A DNA stretch of 64,000 bases, taken from contig NW_019217922.1 of assembly GCF_002571385.2 (NCBI RefSeq), positions 363,096-427,095 of the forward strand. The letters run 5' to 3'. Made by a program: the position numbers and the translations under genes. Under the pieces are notes generated by a model that was given only the letters and a program-made list of their open reading frames with translations, had not been told where the DNA came from and made no database searches. The DNA comes from Stylophora pistillata (lineage: Eukaryota). Positions 10,871-22,300 of the stretch are shown here, piece after piece. Position 1 is the stretch's first letter, and every line of letters starts with the position of its first letter.

Positions 10871-13306
10871 AGTTTAGGGGTAGGAGACGTTAATTTCCCA
10901 CGCACGAGGTTACTGTGTAGGGGATGTCCTCCCAAGCGGGGGGGATGCGTGGGTTTGTCTTACGTTTTCTACATGAGCCTCTGGGTCGGGCAATTGGGTA
11001 ACCATGCCTCACGCAAAGACAATAAACTTGAATTGACTACACCATCGCGCTCCCCACAGCAAAAAAAAAAAAAGAATGCTTGATCGCAAGCAAGCGTCTT
11101 GGTGTGCAGTCGGATAAAGGAAAAAGCCCAAGTCTTACTTCTTTCCTTTAAAATCATCTAGAGTTCATCTTACGCCGATATTTTACCTCGACGGAGTCAT
11201 AACTGTATTTGTTAATGGGAAAATTTTGGTTTCTTTACTGGTGATGTACCCCATGGAATGCAATGCGCGCTTACGTCATGAGGGAAAATGGAAGTTTTCA
11301 TTGTCATTGGATCTGACCTCTGTTAAAACTCGCGTTTTTATCTGATTGAGGAGCGCGACGAAAATTTGCTTGTATTGCCGAAAACCTATGAGACTTCATA
11401 AATAGATACTCAACAAAGCTTTTTTACGTCTTATGGAAATTTTCAGTTCAAACATGTTAGCCATCTGTTTTGTGTTTTTAGCAGCAATTCTGCAAACGAG
11501 AACTCTGATCCCTAAGCTATCTATCTATTCGTGTTGCATTTCACGATCCACGTAGCTGAACATTGTGCCTGTGTAAAGGAACACTCAGAAGAATTCTGCT
11601 CTTCCCGCGCTTTTTTCGTGTTGTTTAGGGGTTCAGTGTGTGAAAACTCGTAAGCGCGATCTTATGAAGAACATCTGAACAGGACAAACGTGTGCACACT
11701 CTGGATTAATCGTTTCAACAAGACTTTCATTTCAAGAGGTCTTAAGACACTGATCAGTCGTAATCTTGCAGGACGAATTGGATGCTCAATAAAGCTATAA
11801 AATCGAACTTACCGTACCTTTCCGTTCGCTTTTCCTTTGGTCACACGCGACAAAGATGCTAACCTCTGTCTTGAGTTTTCACGCCGGGAATTCGCGATTC
11901 TTCTAATTACAACATGACCCAACAATTTTTTTGCAGGGATCGGATTTCCTGAACAGACCTTTCATGGCCCTTTTCCCAGACTCCTGCGTTGTAAGCTGTA
12001 TTGCCCAGAAGTAACAGACTGCACTCATTTTAACAATTTGCATGACCTTCGAACAACTATTCCCTGACATTGTTTCACTTAAAAACAACTTTTAGTTTAA
12101 TCCTGCTCCCGCTCCTTCGAGAAAAAAAGATGTTGTCCTAATTATATACAATGATTAGGTGTTAACAAATCTCCAAATTGGCAATTGTTCAACCAACGTC
12201 GCAATTAAAATTACCACATACCGGTAATTGGCGAACGTAATATAACCATCGGCGTTTAGTAGTCAAAGAGAAAAGGCAGTTTGATATCCTGTTCAAGTTA
12301 GCGCGTTGGACCACAGGCTGTCTATCTCCGCGAATCGTTAAGAGATTACCCTTTCAACTCTATTTTTGCGTCAGGATTAAGCGAAGTGTATTGCTCATGC
12401 TTCGAGGGCGCGGTACTTCATCATTCACACTGCGCCTAATTCATATTTACCACCTCACACAATTCATGGATTATACAACATGTTTGGGCAAAAATTTAAA
12501 CTAAAGATAAAGGGTTAGTGTAAAATTGCTTTCGATGAATTGGCATGAAACAGGACCGCAGCGGGAGCATTTTACCCAGCCACTTAACATGAGCAGGGAA
12601 AGGATTCCGCTTTTGTAGAATCCTGGCTTGGCTTGTGAAGAATGTCTCCCTTTTTCATTCCTCACTGGTGTGAAACCACACTATTGCATACTTTCTGGCA
12701 ACTTTCCCAACCTAGATGTCCACACGGCGTTTTTTTTCATTTTTCAAGGGAAACCAACACACTTAAAATTCAATATATTCCTGAGCTTATTAATTATAAT
12801 TAAATACAGGCACAAAAATAGCCACGAGGATAGGGCACGGATGTGTCGTAATGAAGCGTGTGCAATGTTTGGACTTTTGTGTTTAAAAAACTGGGCGATG
12901 ACGGGCTTCTACTACTTTTCCTCGCGTGGATCCGCACTCGCAAGTATCGCTCTCAATCACTCACTACGCTGTACGGCTGCCTCCTGGTCGGGGAATTTAA
13001 AGCTAAGGATGTGATCAAAGCTAAGGATATGATCACCACATAAAAGACAGAGTTGATACCTAATAACCTTGAAAGAACTAAGGACAATTCATTTTTATTT
13101 AATCTATCAAACGTCTCGTTTTGGCTCTCGAGGGCCACTGCTGAGTTTACTAAATTTTAAAGATGTTGGATTGCAAGAGAGCGCACAAGTTCGTCACAAC
13201 TCAAGTGTTACAGTTCTTAGAAAGGGTTTGTTCCTCATTCTTGTGTCAAGCACGTTAAGACGCCCCAGATTTGAAGATTGAATTAAACACATGGAAAACA
13301 GGTGTT

Positions 13307-14908
13307 TTACATGGAAGACTGACATTCCAATTTCACAACACACTCAAGCATTTCAGTAAGCAGCGTCTCTGTAAATCCTACTAGGAAGTAAAACTTTGGC
13401 AGGTTCACAACGGCGGGCACAAGAAAAACAATGTTAATGCGATTTGCTCTTCGTTTGATGACAATCTCAGAAACCAAATATTCATGCATGACTCCTTCCA
13501 CAAGCTTGCGAATCATGATATCATCCATCATCCTCTCTGATGCCCACAAACTTCCCTTTAAATTTCCTGAAGAAAATAAATGAACTTGCTGTCAATTTGA
13601 AAATATTTCTTTCTTGTATTGTTTTTTTTTTCTTGGCATAATATTAATGATCGAGTTACAAGTGTAAAGAAAAGGAAAACTGACAAAAGGTGGTGATGAA
13701 GCCCTTGAGAAAACACAGGACTTTACATGATGGGCTCCCTCTAGCAAATATCAAAATCACAGTTTAGGGTAGGATAGTGAAGAATCAATGGCAGAGTAGA
13801 AATTGAGAAGGGCTTAAATGTTCTATTACCCCTTTCACCCCCAAGATCTCATTAGTAATTCTCCTTACTGTCTGCCATTAAATCTCATGATGTTAGTTTA
13901 GAGACTTTAGTATTGGATCAACTAATTATCCCCTAATTCATATTATTCTTTATTCTCATCACTTGCCTGCTTGATATTATAAGGAGAAAATGTGTCCTGG
14001 TCACTCACTGGGGTTACAGGGTTAACTTACCAATACAATATATAGAGAGCATGATTAGTCTAGGAAAGTGAAAGTGTGTCCTGGTCACTAACTGGGGTTA
14101 CAGGGTTAACTTACCAATACAATATACAGAGAGCATAATTAGTCTAGGAAAGTGAAAATGTGTCCTGGTCACTCACTGGGGTTAAAGGGTTAACTTACCA
14201 ATACAATATATATAGAGAGAGCATAATTAGTCTAGGAAAATGAAAATTGAAACAATAAAAGAAAGAGGAACAGAGGAAGTTTTGAAGTGAAGGAGATGTT
14301 AGTAGAAGCACTAATACTCTAGGTGAATATTTCTAAATTTTTGAAATTCTGCAATAAAAAATATCAATCCCTTGAATTGAATTTATCATTTATGAACTAA
14401 ATTGGGGTAATTTCCAGAACTCAGAAAAAATGAAAAAGAAGAATGTTTTTTCAGGAGTGTAGCTGAAGTTCACTAGCCATAATAAAACAGGTGTCTGAAT
14501 ACTTTAAGGGTTATATCACCTTAAGTAGGTTTTTATGGGGGTTAAAACAAGATCACAAAGAATGGATAACTAAAGATCAGCACATCTCTTGTAAAAGAGT
14601 TTTGTAGTCTCACCCATGGCAATACGAGATTCTCCTGGTACTGAGTGGGACAGACTGATATTACCCTTTTTTTAGACTTTTCAGTTATCTATCTTTTCAT
14701 TTTTAGCACTCTGTACGAGAACATGTTTTCTGGTCAAGGCTGTGTTCAAAGAAAAAGTGAAGAGAGCCCAGTGCTCTGAAACTGTGAAATCCAGGGTGCC
14801 TAGCATATGCTTTTTAGGAAAAAACTAAGATTCCTGAGTCACCCAACAACAAAAGTAAGGAGCCTGGGGCCAATAGGCGCTGCTAGACCACACCCCTGCT
14901 GGTACGAT

Positions 14909-14947
<39 letters not shown>

Positions 14948-17900
14948 GTAGTAATACTAATAACAATAATAATAATAATATTCAATATTTATATAATGCA
15001 AATTAACATACAGAAGGATATGATGATTGTATTTTAATATAATAACACCTGTATGATGTGAGTCTTGGCCTTTGGTGACTCCAATTCTGTAGCTTGGTAC
15101 AACATCTTCGTTTTTCTGTTGTCTTGCTTTTGGTTGATATGCATATCTGACACCAAGAATCTTAGTGACAGGGGGTGCTACCCCCATGGCAGGGAAACAT
15201 GTCACACCATGACTACCTAGAACTCCTCTTTGTCCAACATGGCAAACACCCTGTAACAATTCAAGAATAAAACCATCAATAGTCATTTAAATCAGTGAAG
15301 TTATGACAATTAGGATTCCCAAAGGAAACATGAGAAAACTATTATCAACGTCCTGGTTATCCCATGAGTGGGGTTACAAGAGAAGTGAGAATTAGAGTCA
15401 TTTTTTTGGTCTTTTAGTGTAAACTACATGAAGTATGTATTTCTTTGGTTGAAAAACCCACAGTGTTAGGGCAGAAACTAAAACAGACCTTTAAATATAA
15501 GGCTTAGCATATTTTGAATTAAAAGACTACCTGGACATAAACAAGTGACAAGGATATGCTATAGCAGCTTGAAACAAACCCATTTAGGTTGTAAATTGTT
15601 GTTGTCGCAAAAATGTTTTTGTAAATTCTTTGGCAAATTTCGGTAATAGCACACAATGATTTGAGAATGTACTTTAATTCTTACATAAAGTTGATGAAAT
15701 GATACATATTCAGTTTTACTTCTTGGCTAATTAGACACTCGATAACCCAGACTATTCAGCCTGGTTCCCACAAGTCCAGATTGTCAAGGTCCAACTGTAA
15801 CCAATTGCATTAATAAACAAGAATAACAAGGATAAGGGAGCTTATTAGAGAGTCTAGTTGTTTGAGATTTGAAGCTTTAGGCTCAGGCATAATTAGGTAG
15901 GCCCTCTCTATATTGTGGAGCTTCATTATGACGATGAAGCCATTGTCAAATAACCATCATTTTTGGATCAGACATGACGTACCCTGACAAAGCTATAAAT
16001 ATAAGGACTGGACTTGAGGACATTGAGCAAAAAAATTAAATGAAATTACTTGGAGTATTGATAGACAGTGATTTAAATTTTAGTAAACATATTGCCTAAG
16101 TATGTAGGAAGGCTAGTCAACAAATAGTTGTTCTATCTTGTCTGAAAAATTTAGTACCTGTTCCAGCAAAACTCACATTATTGAAATCGGCTATCCTCCC
16201 ACACCTCACATATTGTCAAAAAGTCTGGCACTTTGCCAGGGCTTCAGATAAACATCAATTAGAAAGGATACAGGAAGGGGCTTTACGCTTAATCTATCTA
16301 GACAAAACCTCATCTTATGAAGACCTTTTAAAAAGGGCTAGTCTAGATACATTAACCTATTGATGTCCAGTGCGCCCGTATGCGCCCATGCGGACCTACA
16401 CCCTTTCTACGCCTCGTGACATCATCACTTTTAACCCTGGAGCACGACTTTGAGCACGCACTTGAACAAGTTGAAAATATCTTACAAATGATACCAGAAT
16501 GAGCGCAATTGAGTGAAGGAGATTGGAGAAATAGCCAAAAAACCATGTAACTTTGACCTGAAAATCTGCACAAAAATCTTGTTCCATTACCCACCTACCT
16601 TTCTGAGCATGTGCTTTGAAAATAATGAGTAGTTTCCTAAAACTTCTCTACACCAAAATGAAGCCTACTAAATTTCCAGCAAGTGAGGAGAAACTTCAGG
16701 CAAGGAGAGGGGAAACAGAGGGCAGGAGAAAGAGAGAAAAGTAAAAGTCGTAAGTGGGGCATTACTTATCAACCCAAGAACTATGTCGAAATTTTGCTTT
16801 CTGCGCATGCCCGAGATTTTCAGGCCGCCATTTTGCATTTGGATCAAAAGGCCGTCGAGTGTACGAGCTGTCAAGGGGTTTTTGGTAAGTTTGAGCTTTT
16901 AAAACCACAACAGTAACCTGAAATCTGCTCAACTAGCTTCAAAACACAGTTTTCCACAAAAGCTGTGGCCATTAATGGGTTAAGGGCCTGTTTACATGGA
17001 GATAAGGTGACCCTCTTAGGAGGGTCATCCTTCTAGAAGGGGCAAAAGATAGTCCCCCTTTGCATGCAAAGTCTTGTCCCTAGGGCTACCACGATTAATT
17101 GAATTTGGCACCGAGGGAGACAACTGCACGGTTTCTAAGTACAAAACAACCTGTGACTTCTTTGATTTTTCACGTGGCAAGCCCTCTTCCATATCTTTCC
17201 GAGTCGAGCGGCTTTCCATGGTACTCTCATCGACAACTGGTTCATGATCATCAATGTCTTTTTTCAAAATGTCGACACTGTTGTCCTCGGACTGTTTTGA
17301 ACTCTGTTCAGATGATTTGGCCACCACAGAATGGTGAAAATATTCCTCGGGCTTATACGCGCGCAAAACCATTACAGAGTTTCACGGCAATCTGACAGTA
17401 AACCGAACCCACAAAAGTGGACCCCTCTAGGAGGGTGACCCTACCTCAAGTGTTTACAAGGCAAAAAGTTGGTCCTAGCAGGAGGGTTACCCTACCAAGC
17501 AGATAGGGTGACCCTACCCCTAGCGTGACCCTACCTTTCATGTAAACCAAACCGGAAAATGCAATAGGCAAGGGTTACCATTCTAAGAGGGTGCCCCTTC
17601 AAGAAGGGTCACCCTATCTCCATGTAAACAGGTCCTGAATGAAAGAAGGTTGAAGGACATACCATTTCTGACGTATAAGGTTAAGCACCAAATGGTGCCA
17701 GATTACCTTGAATATATTACAAAAAGAAATGATTTAAGGCCATACAGCCTCCGAAACTCAGACTATCCTCCCAAGATAAAATATTGTAAAGTATGGAAGG
17801 CACTCCATCAGGTACTTGGGCCCATTGTTATGGTCCAAGTTGTCTAGCTCTGAGAGAAATGCACCAACTCTTAAAGGCTTTAAACGAATGATAAGCTGTA

Positions 17901-19048
17901 AAGATATCTCTGCATTGGACAACAGTAGTTGTGCCTCTTGCTATTTATGTAATACCTAATATGATATGTAAATTTATATGATATTTTAAAAATTTTACAT
18001 TCTACGTCTTAATTATGACAACTTTACTTTATTTTAACTAGCTTTGTTTTCGTAAGTGTCCCCAATTAGTACTGTCCTGTACTAGAATTTTCATGACACT
18101 TAAATAAAGGTTCATCATCATAGTCATTTGAATTAAAGTAAACATTAAAAATTAATGCAGTAAATGGTTTGAACCCGGGGGTAACATGTGAAGGTGTAGT
18201 CTGATCGTCCGGGTGAGTGTAGTCCTGAGAAGGACTGTTGTCAGTGGTAGTGACTGACGTTTCGACAACCTGTGCGGAAGTCATCATCAGAGTCAAGTGA
18301 ATGATTGTTGTCAGTAGAATGTTCTTATTCCAGTTCATGTGAAATGACCGGTTGGTTTTGCCATGATGATATTGGCTGTAAGACTCAAGTGACGTAAGTC
18401 GGTCATGATTGGTCTGTTTTGATCTGTCGGTAAAGTTAGGTCGTTCTTTTTCGGTCGTTTGTGATGTTTATGTCGTGAATGAGTCGTTTGTATGGAGCGG
18501 GTAGTTGTTGACATCTGTTTAGGGGAGTCAGTCGTTGAAAATAATCAGTGCTGTAGGTTAGGCATTGCGCCCGTCTGTGTTCAGTCAGTCTTGTTTTGAG
18601 GTTTCTGCCAGTCTCACCGATGTAGGAGGCTTGGCAGTCGGAACAATTGATCTTATAAATCGTTCCCTGTCTGTTCCTCGGTTCGTCTTTGTCTTTAACG
18701 TTAGTTAGTGACTGACGTTGTGGGGTGATGGGTTTGTGGGCGACGCGGATATTGAAGGGTAGTAAGACGCGCGAGATGTTTTCAGACAAGACTTTTATGT
18801 ACGGTATGGTTGCTGTAGTCGTAGGGGTTGCGGTGTCGTTTGTTTCGGTAGTGGTAACAGGGTAACAGACGGATAGCTGTCTGCTGTGCGCGCAATAACA
18901 AGTTTTTATTTTCCAGTTAGATAGGTTTTGTAAGATCTGAATTTTATCTCTTGTGTATTAAGAGTTTTTTAAGAATCTTCTCTATTTGATATAGACCTAC
19001 CTGAATACTAGCCAGTCTCAGGAAGTTTCGACAGTTGTTAGCGGCCAT
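13307..19048 (-). CDS. MRPS24: Mitochondrial ribosomal protein S24 (uS3m), 3 exons (19048-19001, 15250-15049, 13566-13307), 169 aa
   Basis: All junctions are GT-AG and phase-compatible. The product MAANNCRNFLRLASIQ|GVCH...RIGVTKGQDSHHT|GNLKGSLWASERMMDDIMIRKL...IVIKRRAN...KFYFLVGFTETLL matches the MRPS24 motifs (HTGNL, KRR.N, YFLVGYSETLL). Confidence 0.9.
13828..14245 (+). repeat. MITE copy whose 3' end plus flank (~84 bp) is tandemly triplicated
   Basis: TGTGTCCTGGTCAC..CTGGGGTTA.AGGGTTAACTTACCAATACAATATA..GAGAGCAT.ATTAGTCTAGGAAA.TGAAA occurs three times between about 13990 and 14245. Confidence 0.8.
14910..14981. repeat. (AAT)n microsatellite
   Basis: Direct reading of the sequence. Confidence 0.95.
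16356..16979. mobile_element. TTAA-flanked (piggyBac-like) non-autonomous element
   Basis: TTAA at 16352-16355 and 16980-16983. Termini CCTATTGATG / CATTAATGGG. Confidence 0.65.
16984..17635. mobile_element. PIF/Harbinger-like MITE
   Basis: TIRs GGGCCTGTTTACATGGAGATAAGGTGACCC / GGGTCACCCTATCTCCATGTAAACAGGTCC. 3-bp flanks TAA/TGA. Confidence 0.75.
18150..18862 (-). mobile_element. Penelope-like element 3' fragment (GIY-YIG endonuclease remnant plus terminal repeat)
   Basis: GTIYKINCSDCQASYIGETGRNLKTRLTEH. Downstream terminal repeat with a hammerhead motif. Confidence 0.85.
18251..18295 (-). ncRNA. Minimal type I hammerhead ribozyme motif with an intact-looking core
   Basis: UGACU-CUGAUGA-U-GAC(UUCCGCACAGGUU)GUC-GAAA-CG-UC-AGUCA: 5-bp stem I, CUGANGA, stem II, GAAA, palindromic ACGU and a GUC triplet. 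Confidence 0.7.
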
Positions 19049-19321
19049 ATCAAGCTAGCTTTTCATATAATCTTCCCAATTTTTTACCAGCTACTCATTA
19101 CGAGCTTCTTTGATCGTGTCCGCCATGATCAATTCTTCTGCCCACAATGCTTCACATTCGGCCCCAGTGTACACCTTCGTGATGATGTCAGTGGTAAACA
19201 ACATGGCGGTCGCATTCATACGTGGATAGTGTTTTAAACATTTCTTTTTTGTCTCCTTGGAAATATTTCAAAATTATCCCTTAGACAAGATGTATAGCTG
19301 TAAGAACTCTAGACTATAGCC
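19049..19321. promoter_or_regulatory. Bidirectional promoter region MRPS24/TMF1
   Basis: Divergent start codons about 270 bp apart. CATGGCGG (YY1-like) motifs on both strands (about 19120-19127 minus, about 19202-19209 plus). Confidence 0.6.
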
Positions 19322-22300
19322 ATGAGCTGGTTTGATGCTTCGGGGTTTTCATCTTTCGCTAAAACAGCTTTATCTCAAGCACAAAAATCCATTGATAAGG
19401 TCCTCGATATCGAACAAGATGAAACTAGCAGTGCTGCTTCAAAATCTTCGGGTAAGTTTATCCTTTATTATTTATTTGATAAGCTTGCATATGCATTTTA
19501 TATTGCTATTGGAGTGTTTAAGTTTGGGCCCAATGCTATCCTATACTCGGGGAGTTAGAGTTAACGACTTGCATAATGCAATTTGTTGAATGATGTCATT
19601 TTGAGTTATATTATCACACAGGTCTGATTATCACATTTGGTTGATAAAGGCAAATTATATTGTGATCAGTCGTAAGTCTCTAATCGAGAACATTGCTTAA
19701 TTGTCATACAATTGAATTTGACGTTACCGTAGTAAAAGTATACTTGTTTACTTGAGGTAGGTCAGAGTGACGTTAGTGCAGAATTACCGAGTAAGGAATG
19801 ATTAGCCCTTTGGGGAAACAGTGTGCTTTGTTTTACTGAGACCTTAACTGTTTGCTTTAGGGTCAAGGGAAAAAAACTCCATGAATGCTATGGAACCAGT
19901 CAATACAAGTTTTTTCTACCTCCCAGCTAAAAAAATAAGACAAATTGTGTACCAGTATCACTTTTTGACCCAATTGCAAAATGCAACAATCTTATTTGAA
20001 AAGGAAAAATTTTAAGTATCATGAATGTGAAAAATTTCAGTGAAAAATCATGACTACACCTCTGTTTAATCAGTACATTTTGGGTTGTTGTCCTGAATAA
20101 TCTGTGATTAAACTTCAGAATAACCAGCCACTCAATATGCATCTTTGAATAGGTCCTCCTGCACTCCCAAAGTCACCAAATTAAATAGAACCCACTCAAA
20201 TATACATTCTTTGTTCATCAGTAAACTGAAATCCAAATTGTAATTGAGAATCATATCATAATTCCTCGTTCTTCAAGTGTCATTCAAATTGGATATCACC
20301 GCGCATTTCAACTTCAGTGGTGAATGAACTGACAAATTCAAATATATAATCTTCATTCCTAAATCGAACCAGCATCAGGAGTGTGGGACAGCAGGAGCAC
20401 TAGTTTAACTGCCCTATTTCTTAATTATTCTTTGAAATCAGGATCACAGGACTGTGGGAGCACTAGTTTAACTGACCTCTGTTGATTATTCTTTGACTTC
20501 AAGAGGGTGGAATTGCGTGAGCACTAGTTTAACTGCCCTCTCATTTGATTATTTTTTAACTTCAGAAGCGCTACTTTAACTGCCCTCTCTTTTGATTATT
20601 TTTTGACTTTGGGAGCACTACTTTAACTGCCCTCTCTTTTAATCAATTTTTGACGTAAGGAGCATGGGAGCAATCAATTTGTTAATGCTAAAAAGTGGCC
20701 AGGTATTTTGAAGTTGCTCTGAATCTGATGAATTTCTTTTTCAGTTCTTGTTTGAAAATTTGTAGCCAGGAAAATATTTTTTCTTAGTGCAGGCTGACAC
20801 ACTCCTGTGAGTTGAAAGTTCAAGTTTTTTTTCCCATGGGAGTTAGTGATTTTGGTCCCTTGGTATACTATATGTTTTCCTCCGATCAGATGAAAGATTT
20901 TAGTTTCGAGGTGCAGCAGTGAATTCTATTTTCTTGTCTAAAAGCTATGTTCCAATTTAAGTCATCAGAAAGAAAATTTGTTAAATTGCTTGTCTAATCT
21001 ACATAGTTTTCATTGTTTCAATACAGCTCTGAGTGCACCAAAGTCTACCCTGCCGTCATCCTTAGGCACATCTCCAAAGGATACTTTAACACCTAAAAAA
21101 TCATCTTCCTCTTTATCTGGGAATTCTACTTCAAAATCAGCCAGGAAACCATCTTCAGGTGCGAACAATTCAAAGGACAGTGATAATGATGGAAATTCAT
21201 TTTGGTCATCCTTTCTTGGTGATTCCTTTTCATCAGCAACATCAAAAACATCAAATCGTAGAGCTAGTGGACAGAAACTTGGTTCCCAAATAAGTGGTGG
21301 AAAAATGAAAAACAATGATGACAGACTGGACACTGAGGATGCTAAAATGTTGAAAGGCGAAGACAAAGTCTCATCTCCAAGAGCACTAAAACAGCAGAGA
21401 AAGAAAGACATCAACATGACTGACAGTAGCACAAGGTCAAGTGATCAATCCCAAGTACCCCAGACTTTATTACCTCTGAAGGAAGATTTGACAAATGCTG
21501 AGGATATTTCTGAAAAGAATGAAAATAGCACTGTTGTTGTATATCCTCAAGAGGCTAAGGATCTTACAGATAGTCCTAGAAAGGAAGAGTTGAACACACA
21601 TGAATCATCTGTTGTACCTGCTCTAAAAGGGACCAACTTGAAATCACAGCATTTGAAATATTCATCTACCAGTAAGGGTAGGAAGGAGAATAAAGAAGTG
21701 CTTAGCACTGAAAATAATGTGTGCAAAAAAAATGTTGAAAATGTTGAGCTAGATGCTTTGATTGTTGCGCACGACAAAACACCTGACGACAAGTTAGAGT
21801 CTGTTCATGAGCACCTTAATACAGAAACTGGGCAGTCTGTTCCAGATAAAAGTATTGCAGATTCACCAGATACAGATGAGGAGAAATTGGACTGCTCTAA
21901 AAAGACATATGGTTTTATGACCTCAAATGAAACTGGGGAAATAGCTCCTGATTTAGGTAACAAATTGGAAAGCCATGACTTTTCTAAGTCATTGCTAAAA
22001 GATTCAACAGGAAGCAATATTGTGGTAGAAATTAAACAAGAGGAAGTTGCGCAAAATATACCAAGTGTTCAACCTGTGGCCAGTTCAACACCAAAACATG
22101 TTGCCAAGGAGCAGAAATGTACACCACTAGATATGGCAATGAAACCTGAAATGGAACCTACTGATGAAAATGAAGAAGCTTCAAATGACAAAGGAGACTT
22201 ACAAGCTCATGTGTGTGATCCAGAAATTCTAATTTTACAGAGCAAAGAATGCGAGGCATTGTCAGAAAATGTTGTAGAACTGTTTGCAGAGGCTGCATCT

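Larger units (their letters stand above)
16030..17960 (+). mobile_element. 3' part of an L2/CR1-type LINE ORF2 (decayed), split by two DNA elements
   Basis: MKLLGVLIDSDLNFSKHI...ILPHLTYCQKVWHF...LERIQEGALR...LDTL|NERRLKDI...YSLRN...YGRHSIRYLGPLLWSKL...CASCYLCNT*. Confidence 0.8.
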
